Positions 44,983 to 54,233 of a stretch of 64,000 bases of DNA are shown here, in pieces. The stretch is from IMG/VR virus record IMGVR_UViG_3300015371_000003, positions 52,230-116,229 of that record; one strand, 5' to 3'. Each line of letters starts with the position of its first letter. Positions within the stretch are counted from its first letter, which is position 1. The notes under the pieces were generated by a model. It searched no databases, was not told where the DNA came from, and was given only the letters and a program-made list of their open reading frames with translations. The stretch is from a virus. The position numbers and the translations under genes were made by a program.

Positions 44983-46185
44983 ATGATTTCGTTCGAAATT
45001 GCATTCAAGGCGCATCTCCCGTTTATCGGGATTCGCACCGATGATCCGGTCAATGTCCGCATGGTGTTGCAGCAGTTGACCGGGAAGCCGGTGCAACCAC
45101 TGCCAACTGTCCGAACGGCCCCGGTCGGGGACAGCTATCTCTGGTGGACGGAGAACCCGGACCACATCACCACCGATATGTACCGTAAGCTGTGTGCAGC
45201 GACGGCGAGTGCCGTGGTGATCAACCCGGACAAGCCCAATCCGCTGGTCTACGACACGGGCATTCTGCCCACGCCCAACGAGTTTTACCGTGACTACCTC
45301 AAGAATTTCGTGGCGGCGGAGCAGATCGAACCAATTGTCCAACAATTGAAGGGGTTGTCTCTCAAAACCGCCCAAGAGGTCGTACAGTTGACGATGGCGC
45401 GGGTGCAATCGATTGCCCCGCATGAGGTGCGGAAAACCCGGCAGATGATGGGCGGGGAAACCCCCGGCCTGATGGCTCTGGAAACGGATTACGACTTTTA
45501 CGAGTGGCCTACGGCCCTCAAAGAGTGGTTGACGCTGAATGAAAGCTATTTTCTGGACCTAAACACCCCTCAGCAACTGGTCCCTCGTGGCCTCTTGTTG
45601 GGCGGGGAACCGGGCGTCGGCAAGACCATGGCGGCAAAGGTCTTAGCCAAGCATTGGGACGTACCACTGTTCCGATTGGACATCTCCACCAGTTTGAACC
45701 GCTATCTGGGGGAGAGCGAGAGCCGGATCGCCCGGAATATGGCGGTCATTGAACAGAACGCCCCGTGCGTCTGGTTGCTGGATGAAGTGGAGAAGCTGTT
45801 CGTCAGCAATGGGGACGAAGGCACCACCCAACGCATCCTGAGTCAGATGCTCTGGTGGCTCCAAGCCCATACGTCTCGTGTGCTCACCATCATGACCACG
45901 AATAACCTTGCGGGAATTCCCAAAGAGTTGTATCGTGCGGAACGGCTGGACAAGGTGTTGCACCTTGAAAAGCTGTCCCTGTCGGGAGCCAAGGCGTTTG
46001 CGGTCCAAGTGTACGAGTCGGTGCTCAAGACACCCATTCCACAGAAACGGGCCAAGGCACTGCGGGAGATGCTGGACAAGGGGGACAAAGGTACCTATGC
46101 CCATGCGGAAGTGCGAGTCCTCGTGTATGAGGCAATAAAGGCCCAAAACTGGCTAGTTGACAAACCTTCGGAGCCTGTGTTATAG
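44983..46185 (+). CDS. AAA+ ATPase
   Basis: GEPGVGKT Walker A, LLDEVEK Walker B, TTN, PKELYR.ERLD. Confidence 0.9.
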   Translation: MISFEIAFKAHLPFIGIRTDDPVNVRMVLQQLTGKPVQPLPTVRTAPVGDSYLWWTENPDHITTDMYRKLCAATASAVVINPDKPNPLVYDTGILPTPNEFYRDYLKNFVAAEQIEPIVQQLKGLSLKTAQEVVQLTMARVQSIAPHEVRKTRQMMGGETPGLMALETDYDFYEWPTALKEWLTLNESYFLDLNTPQQLVPRGLLLGGEPGVGKTMAAKVLAKHWDVPLFRLDISTSLNRYLGESESRIARNMAVIEQNAPCVWLLDEVEKLFVSNGDEGTTQRILSQMLWWLQAHTSRVLTIMTTNNLAGIPKELYRAERLDKVLHLEKLSLSGAKAFAVQVYESVLKTPIPQKRAKALREMLDKGDKGTYAHAEVRVLVYEAIKAQNWLVDKPSEPVL

Positions 46186-46186
46186 T
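46157..46186 (+). promoter_or_regulatory. Sigma70-type promoter
   Basis: TTGACA-18 nt-TATAGT with TGn. Confidence 0.65.
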
Positions 46187-46229
46187 TGATGCCGGGTCAC
46201 GAATGACCCCCATCAATGGAGTGAATGAC

Positions 46230-46850
46230 ATGAGTGAATCCACCGCCCCGATTGCCCCGCTTCGCTACCGAGGATCCTACAGCCAGTATGTGGACATCGC
46301 CATCCGTGGCGAGGAGCATCTGGGCATCTCCGCGCAGTACCAGATCCACCCGTCCAACGTCGGCTTCGTGATCATCCGATTCGTGTCACATGGCGCGGGC
46401 AAGCCCAAGCCGGAGAACTACACGCGCCTGTCCCTTCGGGAAGGGGCCAAATTCAAGACGTTTGGCGACCACTCCGAGGTCTTTCATGGCGTCCGTCTGA
46501 ACAAGGTGGCGGTGCCGGTGTTCAAGCCTGCCGTGCAGCCGTTCGAAGTCGGCGCATTCGCAGTCACGTCGAATCTCTACCCCACTCTTGCGGCGTGGGT
46601 GGCGGAACAGATCACGGCGGAAGGTTTCGAGTTGACAGTGCCCGATGTGGCGGCACTCATTCAGGACCAGATCGAAATTCAACCCACGGATCCCTCGACG
46701 GTCGAGAGCGTGGTGGAGTTTCCGGATCTGACGGATCCGAAGAACAAGACGAAGGCGAAGAAGTCGTACACGCCCGATCCGGAACCGGAAGACGAGGAAG
46801 ACGAAGACGGCGACGAGTCGGATGAGGAATCCGAAGACTGGTTGAACTGA
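46230..46850 (+). CDS. Hypothetical protein with acidic tail
   Basis: GGAG RBS; E/D-rich C-terminus ending DWLN. Confidence 0.75.
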   Translation: MSESTAPIAPLRYRGSYSQYVDIAIRGEEHLGISAQYQIHPSNVGFVIIRFVSHGAGKPKPENYTRLSLREGAKFKTFGDHSEVFHGVRLNKVAVPVFKPAVQPFEVGAFAVTSNLYPTLAAWVAEQITAEGFELTVPDVAALIQDQIEIQPTDPSTVESVVEFPDLTDPKNKTKAKKSYTPDPEPEDEEDEDGDESDEESEDWLN

Positions 46851-46981
46851 ACCGAAAAACGCTCAGGGTAAGCGAGTAGGGACGCCGGGAGGTCGCAGGG
46901 CCATGCGGACATCGGTGAGCAATCTGGGCGGGGGGAGATGCGCGTCCTAGCAGGCTCCTCCACTTTTTCAAGGAGTGAAGT

Positions 46982-47785
46982 ATGAAGCACGTGTCGTTGG
47001 CGGAACGCCTTCAAGCCAAACTGCAAAAGTTGGGGCTGTCGAAGCGCAAGGCCACCACGCTGGCGCAGGGGGTGACGCCCACGGCACAGCGGGCGAAGGT
47101 GTCAGGGACCGTCACGGAGAAGCTGGTGGCGCGGCTGATTGCCTTGGGCCTGACGAAGAAGAAGGCGGCGGAACTGGCAAAGGGGCTGGCCCCGGTTGTG
47201 CGGGCGTCCATCAAGGCCAAGGCCAAGCAGAAACAGATCAAGCTGGCCGAGGTCGAGGATGAGATGGTCAACCAGACGGTGGAGCAGACCACCGATGAGG
47301 CCGAGGATGAGGCACTGGATAAGGTGGCTCCTCGTGTCAACGGGCATCGGGTCCGTCTGGATCTGCCGGTCGTGCGTCGGTCCACGTGGATGAATACCCG
47401 TGTGACGGGGATCGAAATACTCCGGGTCATGGATGGTCTGACCACGGAAGCGACCTATCTCGTGGCGGCGGTCAAGAGTGATCAGGGCATTGTGGCCGTC
47501 CGTCAATTGGGTACGGATTTCTACAACGTGAAGTTCTATCCGACCATGCGGTACTGGGATCGGACCCCGGATGAACTGCTGTCCGTGGATGGGGCGTCGG
47601 AGTACCTGCAACGGCAGTGGTACGAGCGGGTGCATGTGACCAAGGCGGGGCTGGCAATCATCCTGAAGTCGGTGGACAATCGGCCCAAGATCAAGCAGGT
47701 GCTGGACCGGCTGTTGTCGGTGACAGCCACGGTGCTGGTCAAGGCGTTCGATCATCTACACAAGCGGATCGGCGCGGCGGCGTAA
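46982..47785 (+). CDS. Hypothetical protein with basic N-terminal repeat
   Basis: AAGGAG RBS; L..LGL.K.KA..LA.G x2. Confidence 0.75.
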   Translation: MKHVSLAERLQAKLQKLGLSKRKATTLAQGVTPTAQRAKVSGTVTEKLVARLIALGLTKKKAAELAKGLAPVVRASIKAKAKQKQIKLAEVEDEMVNQTVEQTTDEAEDEALDKVAPRVNGHRVRLDLPVVRRSTWMNTRVTGIEILRVMDGLTTEATYLVAAVKSDQGIVAVRQLGTDFYNVKFYPTMRYWDRTPDELLSVDGASEYLQRQWYERVHVTKAGLAIILKSVDNRPKIKQVLDRLLSVTATVLVKAFDHLHKRIGAAA

Positions 47786-47790
47786 ACAGT

Positions 47791-47875
47791 TGAGTCGAAG
47801 GTGTCTGCCGATATATCTGAATAAGGCAGCAGGGATGGCTTGTGAGCCTCCTCGTCATGGGCATCCTTCGACTCA
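47791..47875 (+). other. Intergenic multi-stem structure
   Basis: 11-bp outer stem TGAGTCGAAGG/CCTTCGACTCA enclosing CTGCC/GGCAG and GGCT/AGCC hairpins. Confidence 0.5.
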
Positions 47876-47899
47876 TTTATTCACATTTTCCATGAGGTA

Positions 47900-48457
47900 A
47901 TGAGGAAATTCGCAATGACGAAAGTAACGGTAACGGGAAGTCTCATCGTGCTGGCGGCTCTCATCCTGTCAGCGTGCGGCGGCAACGGCAACGGACCAAG
48001 CGGCAAGGTTCCGGATTATAGCGGCGGGTGGACCGGCAATTATACCGTCACCGGCTGTACGCAGTCGGGGGGCGTAGCACTGGCGAACCTCTGCGGATCG
48101 ATTGGCAATTCGGCTCCCTACACCTTCAGCCTGCAACAGAGCAGCCGGAGCGTGACAGGCACCTTTGCACTCGGATCTATCGGCTTCCCTTCGACGGGTG
48201 GGACGATTGATGACGGTGGCGGGCTGACGCTCCAAGGTACGACCCTCTCGAATGGTGTGACCATCATTGTGACGTGGCACCTGACGAATAACGGCACGCT
48301 TGGCGGAACCGTCACACAGAACTGGACATCGACCACGCTGGCCGGTCAAGCCAATGTGGTGGGGACGTTGACCAACGCGATTCGGAGTAAGGCCGCAGTC
48401 GTGGAAGGCGTCCGACCGGCGACGTTGGAAGGGTTGCTGAAGGCGCTCAAGGAATAA
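47900..48457 (+). CDS. Lipoprotein
   Basis: Signal peptide with lipobox LSA-C (Cys codon 47975); beta-rich Thr/Gly domain. Confidence 0.8.
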   Translation: MRKFAMTKVTVTGSLIVLAALILSACGGNGNGPSGKVPDYSGGWTGNYTVTGCTQSGGVALANLCGSIGNSAPYTFSLQQSSRSVTGTFALGSIGFPSTGGTIDDGGGLTLQGTTLSNGVTIIVTWHLTNNGTLGGTVTQNWTSTTLAGQANVVGTLTNAIRSKAAVVEGVRPATLEGLLKALKE

Positions 48458-48633
48458 CCAAGCTGTACAGCACGCGCCGATGCGTGTTCCTTTACGTCGG
48501 CACCCGGCGACGGGGTTCTCAAGTCGCGGGCTGTGCTCCGGTCTAAATTCCAAGGAGCAGCCGCTGAGGGCGTGGCGGGATACAAAGTAGACGCCCTCCA
48601 TTCTTTGCACTTAATTGCACGACGGAGGTGATC

Positions 48634-48858
48634 ATGGCCCGAGTGACCGTTTCCCCGTTTCGAGCACCAGAGTTTCCTTCTTCGAAGAAAAAGTCGCCCA
48701 CCAGAGGGTTGAAAGCCCGAGCCACGCGCTTCGCCAACGATGTTCGAACCTTCTGTGATTGGTACTTCACCGGCACCAATCGGCGGAAGCGGTCTGAAGT
48801 CAACGGGTACGTGGAGTGGTTGCGGGACCGATCCAAGCAAGCGGGGTGTACCAAATGA
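48634..48858 (+). CDS. Small basic hypothetical protein
   Basis: GGAGG RBS. Confidence 0.55.
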   Translation: MARVTVSPFRAPEFPSSKKKSPTRGLKARATRFANDVRTFCDWYFTGTNRRKRSEVNGYVEWLRDRSKQAGCTK

Positions 48859-49109
48859 TTACGTGCAGTGCCACGGGTGAAAACGGCCAACGCATCATCG
48901 TGTTGGGCCTCACCGCCGAGAACGTGGACCTATTGGTGGACGGCAACGCGATTCATGTCAGTGCGGAGACGCATCCGGGGTTTCCCACGGATATCAACAT
49001 TCTCATCATGGTGAAGGAGACGGAGCAGGAGTTGTTGGAGGTGTTGAAGCCCTACATGGGTCCGGACACCAAGATCGTGCCCTACACCACGAAGTCCAAA
49101 CCGTCCTAA
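48855..49109 (+). CDS. Hypothetical protein
   Basis: ATGA overlap; IVLGL..EN...L..G..I motif. Confidence 0.65.
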   Translation: MITCSATGENGQRIIVLGLTAENVDLLVDGNAIHVSAETHPGFPTDINILIMVKETEQELLEVLKPYMGPDTKIVPYTTKSKPS

Positions 49110-49125
49110 AGACTCGGAGTCGTTT

Positions 49126-50166
49126 ATGGCAACGTCCGTCGTGGCGTTCTACCCGGCACTGGTCCCCGCTACCGGGGATCATGTGCTGGCGTCTGTGTTG
49201 TGTCATCTCTTTCACTGGCACCAGACGGATCCCGGTGTGTACTGGCAGGGCAAACCGTGGATTGTGAAATCCCGTGCCCAATTCTGTAAAGAGACGGCCA
49301 TCACGCTGGATCAATACAAGCGGGTCATTCCGAAGTTGATTCGGCAAGGGTGGATCGTCTCCGAACGCCACCAACGCTACGACAAAGTGCGGGCGTACAT
49401 CCGACTGGCTGAAAAAGGCAAATCGACGTGTGCGGCCCTTTTTGCCTCCGCAACGCATGGATTGGTGGCGTACGCCTCCAAGCCTTTTAATAATAAAGAT
49501 ACTAAGAAGAACGGAGTAGAGAATAAGAGTAGTAGTACCAGTAATGGCGACTTAACAGTCGCAAAGGAAACGGGGAAGGAGATAATAGAGAAAGTCAACA
49601 CAGTAGAGGATCTGAACAAGAGCAATATAATTTTTACGGCTGAGCTAGCGAAACCCAACAAACCGTGGTGGGCCATGAAAGCTGAGCATGTCTTGGCGGC
49701 GATGAAGGACATCACCCTCAAGAGTAGTCTGGAGTCCCATTGGAAGAAAAAATGCTCGCTGGCGATGGATGGGATCTACCAGAAGCCCTTGACCGGGAAA
49801 GAGCGGGGCCAGTTGAAGATGCTGGCAAAGTATCTCGGGGGGAATGAGCAGGCCAAGGAAGTCATCAGTTATGCCGTGGAACACTGGTGGAAATTTGCGG
49901 TGGCCGCGAGTGCTGCCGCCGATACCGGGATGCCCACCGAACCGCATATCGGGTATCTGTTGAAACACCATGCGGTGGCCGTGAAATTGCTAAGCAAGGA
50001 ACAGACGGCTCAGCCGTTGCCCTCGTCCCCTGAGCCGGTGCAACTGATTGCACCTCCGGTCCCGGTGGAGGAGGTCTACGTGATATCCGATGACGACTAC
50101 GCCAAGATGATGGCGGAATTGGCGGACATTCACGCGCAGCAGGCCGCAAAGAAGAACGCGCCCTAA
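49126..50166 (+). CDS. Replication initiator-like protein (N-terminal winged HTH)
   Basis: W..KS..QF..ET.IT..QY.R...KL...G.I; AT-rich linker; followed by loader-like and helicase genes. Confidence 0.65.
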   Translation: MATSVVAFYPALVPATGDHVLASVLCHLFHWHQTDPGVYWQGKPWIVKSRAQFCKETAITLDQYKRVIPKLIRQGWIVSERHQRYDKVRAYIRLAEKGKSTCAALFASATHGLVAYASKPFNNKDTKKNGVENKSSSTSNGDLTVAKETGKEIIEKVNTVEDLNKSNIIFTAELAKPNKPWWAMKAEHVLAAMKDITLKSSLESHWKKKCSLAMDGIYQKPLTGKERGQLKMLAKYLGGNEQAKEVISYAVEHWWKFAVAASAAADTGMPTEPHIGYLLKHHAVAVKLLSKEQTAQPLPSSPEPVQLIAPPVPVEEVYVISDDDYAKMMAELADIHAQQAAKKNAP

Positions 50167-50179
50167 GGAGGGTGCCACC

Positions 50180-50737
50180 GTGCAGAGCATTCCATTCCCT
50201 CAGACGACGGGTATGCTAGACGCCAAGGAGCATGCAAGGATCATTGCCGACTTCGAACGGGTGTGTACGACCGCCGGGATTCAAGGGCATTTCCTCTATG
50301 AATCCATGACGAAGTATTGCGGGGATGTGGAGGTTGGATGGGTGAAGCACTTCTGGACCCACAAGGCGAAGGGTATACCGGGACTATTGCTACAGGGCGT
50401 GTCGCGTCCTGATACGCGGTGTCAGTCGATTGCGGCGGCATTGGTCCGGAACTACGTGGATGCCCGTGTGATTCCGTTGAACACCCTGATCGAGAGCACG
50501 ATGAATGGGAATACGCCGCCCTCCCCCACGGTGCTGTTGATTCCGAACCTGTTCATGGTGGCGACGACGGGGAAGCAGATCCCGTGGCGCGTCCAAGCCA
50601 TCTACGATGTGCTGTTGGAGCGGAGCATCCGCAACAAGCCTTCGGTGGTCTACGTGGAGGATCTGACCAAGCTCAGCACGATGTATGGTGCCCCATTTCA
50701 TGATTTTCTCAGCCGATTTCTCGCCGTCGAGAAATAG
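50180..50737 (+). CDS. DnaC-like/helicase loader-like protein (degenerate P-loop)
   Basis: GLLL.G, VLLIPN, YDVLLER..RNKPSVV; no intact GKT. Confidence 0.55.
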   Translation: MQSIPFPQTTGMLDAKEHARIIADFERVCTTAGIQGHFLYESMTKYCGDVEVGWVKHFWTHKAKGIPGLLLQGVSRPDTRCQSIAAALVRNYVDARVIPLNTLIESTMNGNTPPSPTVLLIPNLFMVATTGKQIPWRVQAIYDVLLERSIRNKPSVVYVEDLTKLSTMYGAPFHDFLSRFLAVEK

Positions 50738-50745
50738 AGGGGTGA

Positions 50746-52032
50746 ATGCCGTTTGCGCTCGGCACCAAAGCGATTAAGCGATTCTGTCAGGAACAAAACC
50801 CGTTGGGGTGGCAGAAAGCCAAGTTGTCTCCCCAACTCTTTCATACCCACGAACATCCGTTGCTCGCATACGTGGCGAATCATGTGAAACTCCACCATGT
50901 GCTGCCACAAGTGGCGACGGTGGAAGCGCAGTTTCCAGATGTGGTGCCGGTGGATGCCCCAGAACCATCCAGTTACTACGTCCAATTGCTGGAGAACCAG
51001 TATTTCTACAACCGCCTGAACCGGGCGTCTCTCGAATCGCAAGCCATCCTGCAACAGAATCAGGATGCCCACGAGTTAGCCATTGAAGTGGTGCGGCAGG
51101 GACTCCGAGATATTGTTGAACAGCAACATCGGGTGCGGATTCTGGATATGGGGGTGGAAGGCGCGAATCTGGTCCTCGCGGCCTACCACCACATGACCTC
51201 CTCCGAATTCGTCGCCGCCTTCGGATGGCCGTATCTGGATTCCCAGAGTGGTGGGGTGATGCCGGGGGATGTGATTTCTTTTGTGGGCAGACCCGCAGTC
51301 GGCAAGACATGGTTGACGCTCTGGACGGCCCTGCACAATTGGGTGATCCGGAAGTTGAACGTGCTGTATGTCTCCATGGAAATGATGACCCTGCCCATTG
51401 CCCAACGAGTCGCGTCCCTCTACACCAAGCAGAACATTTCCCAATTGAAAATGGGCGGCTACAGCAATCAGACCTTTGCGAAATTCTATGCGGGCCTCAA
51501 GACGATGGCGTTGGAGCAGGCCAAGTTCTACGTGGTGGACGGCAATCTGGCGACGAACGTCGAAGATTTGTTTGGCTTGGCCGAGACGTTGAGTTGCCGC
51601 GTCATCATCATCGATGGAGCCTACCTCCTCCGCCACCGCAATACGCGATTGGATCGCTTCACGCGGGCGGCGGAGAACGTCGAACTAATCAAACGCGCCT
51701 GCACCGATCTGGAAATGATGGCGTTCTGCTCATGGCAGTTCAATCGGGAAGCCAGTAAGAAGCAGAAGAAGGGCAAAGGCGACTCCGGGGATCTGGAAGA
51801 TATTGGGTACTCGGATGCCATCGGCCAGATTTCGAGCATTGCCCTGTCCCTCTTTCAAGAGGATGGGATCGAAACCATGAAGACCCGGAAGGTGCAAATC
51901 ATGAAGGGCCGGAATGGAGAAGTCGGACAGTTTGCCATCGCATGGGATTTCAATTTGATGAATTTCAGTCAGACGTTCCCTCCCCTCATCGGCCAACCGG
52001 CGGAGGAAAGCGGGTTGTTGCAATGGGTTTGA
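50746..52032 (+). CDS. dnaB: DnaB-like replicative helicase
   Basis: GRPAVGKT, VSMEM, IIDG.YL, QFNR, YSDAIGQ, KGRNG. Confidence 0.92.
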   Translation: MPFALGTKAIKRFCQEQNPLGWQKAKLSPQLFHTHEHPLLAYVANHVKLHHVLPQVATVEAQFPDVVPVDAPEPSSYYVQLLENQYFYNRLNRASLESQAILQQNQDAHELAIEVVRQGLRDIVEQQHRVRILDMGVEGANLVLAAYHHMTSSEFVAAFGWPYLDSQSGGVMPGDVISFVGRPAVGKTWLTLWTALHNWVIRKLNVLYVSMEMMTLPIAQRVASLYTKQNISQLKMGGYSNQTFAKFYAGLKTMALEQAKFYVVDGNLATNVEDLFGLAETLSCRVIIIDGAYLLRHRNTRLDRFTRAAENVELIKRACTDLEMMAFCSWQFNREASKKQKKGKGDSGDLEDIGYSDAIGQISSIALSLFQEDGIETMKTRKVQIMKGRNGEVGQFAIAWDFNLMNFSQTFPPLIGQPAEESGLLQWV

Positions 52033-53231
52033 CGGTCGTGAAAAAGACGGTGCCCCTTTTCTTGTGGTCGGGGTGTTATGAACAACGCTGGCATTCGCGT
52101 CTTGTACCCGCTGCTTTTGTTCATCCCGCGAAGGTCAGTCGGGCGCTGCTTGTACGGATTTATAACCATCTGCGGGATTGCGGTTTTCTTCAACCGGGGG
52201 ACACGGTGCTTGATCCATTTGCGGGGGTTGGGACAACAGCGATTGAAGGGGCGAACCGAGGGTTGCGAGTGGTTGGGGTGGAACTGGAATCTACGTTTGT
52301 GGATTTGGCCCGAGCCAACTTCGATAAGCATCGTCGCTATTGGGAGTGGATGGGCTACCCTCTGCCGATCATTGTGCAAGGGGATAGTCGGCAGTTGCGG
52401 CAAGTGTTGGGAGAAGTGGGTATCGATGTGGTGATGGGGTTTCCTCCTTTTCAAAATCAACTTGCAAATGTGACTCAACGAGGTATTGGGTCTGGTCAGT
52501 ATCGATCAGATGGGTCTGTGTCAATAGAAGAACGGCGAATGACCTATCCTATAGATTTTGACCATGCTGGTTTTGCGAGTTATTTGAAGAAGGCGCGTGA
52601 AGTATCCGGGTTTACGAAGGCAGAAATCGATCAAAAAGTCGGAACGAATACGGCGTATGCGTTTTGGGAAGGAAGAAATGTTGGGGGTCAAATTGAATAC
52701 CGCCTTCCAACTCCGAAATTTTATCGTAAGTTAAAACAAGTGTTGTCGTTGGACGACCGTTTTGACGAGGATCTTTTGACCACGACTAGGGTCACTGTTG
52801 TTCGAAAGCCCATTAAATTGGGGCATACGGCACATGATTATGGCACGACAGAGGGTCAGCTTGGGGCCTTGCAGAAGGACGAGACGTTTTGGTCAGCCGC
52901 ACAGCAAGTAGTGAGCGAATGTTACGCGCTTCTGAAGCCGGGTGGAGTGGCGGTGTGGATCGTGAAAAGTCTAGTCAGACATAAAAAGATCGTGGACTTT
53001 CCCGGTGATTGGCAAAAGCTGTGCGAGCAGGTGGGGTTTGAGACGCAGGAAGAAATTCATGCGTTGTTCGCGCAGGAACGTACGGTGAAGGGGCAGAAAG
53101 TTCGAGTGGAACGGAAGTCGTTCTTCCGGAGACTGGCGGAGAAAAAAGGATCGCCTCCTATTGATTGGGAGACGATCTGGATTATGCAGAAACCCCTTTC
53201 GCGGCGACGAGGAGTGGTGACATGGCGTTGA
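52023..53231 (+). CDS. DNA amino-methyltransferase with in-frame HTH insertion
   Basis: HPAK, DPFAGVGTT (motif I), GDSR, FPPF (variant motif IV), LKPGG. Confidence 0.8.
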   Translation: MGLTVVKKTVPLFLWSGCYEQRWHSRLVPAAFVHPAKVSRALLVRIYNHLRDCGFLQPGDTVLDPFAGVGTTAIEGANRGLRVVGVELESTFVDLARANFDKHRRYWEWMGYPLPIIVQGDSRQLRQVLGEVGIDVVMGFPPFQNQLANVTQRGIGSGQYRSDGSVSIEERRMTYPIDFDHAGFASYLKKAREVSGFTKAEIDQKVGTNTAYAFWEGRNVGGQIEYRLPTPKFYRKLKQVLSLDDRFDEDLLTTTRVTVVRKPIKLGHTAHDYGTTEGQLGALQKDETFWSAAQQVVSECYALLKPGGVAVWIVKSLVRHKKIVDFPGDWQKLCEQVGFETQEEIHALFAQERTVKGQKVRVERKSFFRRLAEKKGSPPIDWETIWIMQKPLSRRRGVVTWR

Positions 53232-53235
53232 GGCG

Positions 53236-53490
53236 ATGAGTATGGACGAACGCTATCAGGTACGGGATCCGGAGATTGAACGGGCGCTCCGCACCCTTGC
53301 CGCCTTGGTGGATGATTGCGTGCCAGAAGGATGGGGGTGGGGCATCTTCCTCGTGCCCTTCGGGGAGAATGAAGCGGCCCCGAAAGGCAAGGGAGCCGTG
53401 TTCTGGATTTCGAGCGGGGAGCGGGAAGGCATGGTGGATGCGGTGCAAGGGTGGATTGACGAAAACAAGAAGAACAAAAAGAAGCGGTAG
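53236..53490 (+). CDS. Hypothetical protein
   Basis: GAGG RBS; P.GWG..IFL.PFG...FWISS.ERE.M. Confidence 0.7.
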   Translation: MSMDERYQVRDPEIERALRTLAALVDDCVPEGWGWGIFLVPFGENEAAPKGKGAVFWISSGEREGMVDAVQGWIDENKKNKKKR

Positions 53491-53498
53491 GAGAGTGC

Positions 53499-54035
53499 AT
53501 GGCGCTCAAGTTTCGCACGCACACAGATGCAGTTGGCACGACCGGCGGGAAAGCCACGATAGCGACGTTGATGCCTCCCCTCGTGGAACCGGTGGTGGAG
53601 CCGGAGCCACAGAAGGTGTTGGTGGAGCCACTGTCTCCCACAGAGCAGGCTCATGCGGAAATTTTGGCGGCGGAGTATATCGAACTGTGGAAGAAGTTTG
53701 AATACTTCGAAGTCAAGGCGTTGGTGAAGCGGATGGAGGAAATCCGCAAGACGCTGGTGGGGGTGGCGAACGAGACGATGGACGACAAGAAGCCCGCGCT
53801 CTTTACGTGTTCGAAGGGCACCATCGAATTTTCGGAGCGGGGCAAGGAAGCCACGGTGCCCAACCCCTTGGCGCTCATCCAGCAGCTTCTGGTAAAATTC
53901 GGACCAGAGGCCACCGCCAGTGTGGTGGACATCGCCATCACGCCGTTGCGGAAGATTCTGAGTGAGCACGAGTTGCAACAGCATCTCGTGGATGTCCCGG
54001 CCACACGCAGGCTTCTGGGGGTGCGGCCCAAGTAA
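53499..54035 (+). CDS. Hypothetical protein
   Basis: GGAG RBS; coiled coil. Confidence 0.7.
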   Translation: MALKFRTHTDAVGTTGGKATIATLMPPLVEPVVEPEPQKVLVEPLSPTEQAHAEILAAEYIELWKKFEYFEVKALVKRMEEIRKTLVGVANETMDDKKPALFTCSKGTIEFSERGKEATVPNPLALIQQLLVKFGPEATASVVDIAITPLRKILSEHELQQHLVDVPATRRLLGVRPK

Positions 54036-54047
54036 AGGACGGAGCAC

Positions 54048-54233
54048 ATGGATCTGATTACGCTGATCATCGGGATCGTGATTCTCGGCGTGGCGTTGTA
54101 TCTGATCGAGAACTACGTGCCGATGTCGCCGCCGATTCGTGTCGTGCTTCGCGTGATCGTGGTGCTGGTCATCGTGGTGTGGTTGCTCAGGTTCATAGGA
54201 GTCCCGTTTGGTGGCGTCCGAACAGTCCGTTGA
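54048..54233 (+). CDS. Small two-TM membrane protein (Thivi_2564-like)
   Basis: LI.LII..VILG..LYLI..YVPM.PPI...L.VIVV. Confidence 0.75.
   Translation: MDLITLIIGIVILGVALYLIENYVPMSPPIRVVLRVIVVLVIVVWLLRFIGVPFGGVRTVR

Noticed and set aside
46851-48600. tRNA genes in the structured intergenic gaps
   Set aside because: No cloverleaf with a T-loop GTTCRA and matching acceptor stem could be identified.
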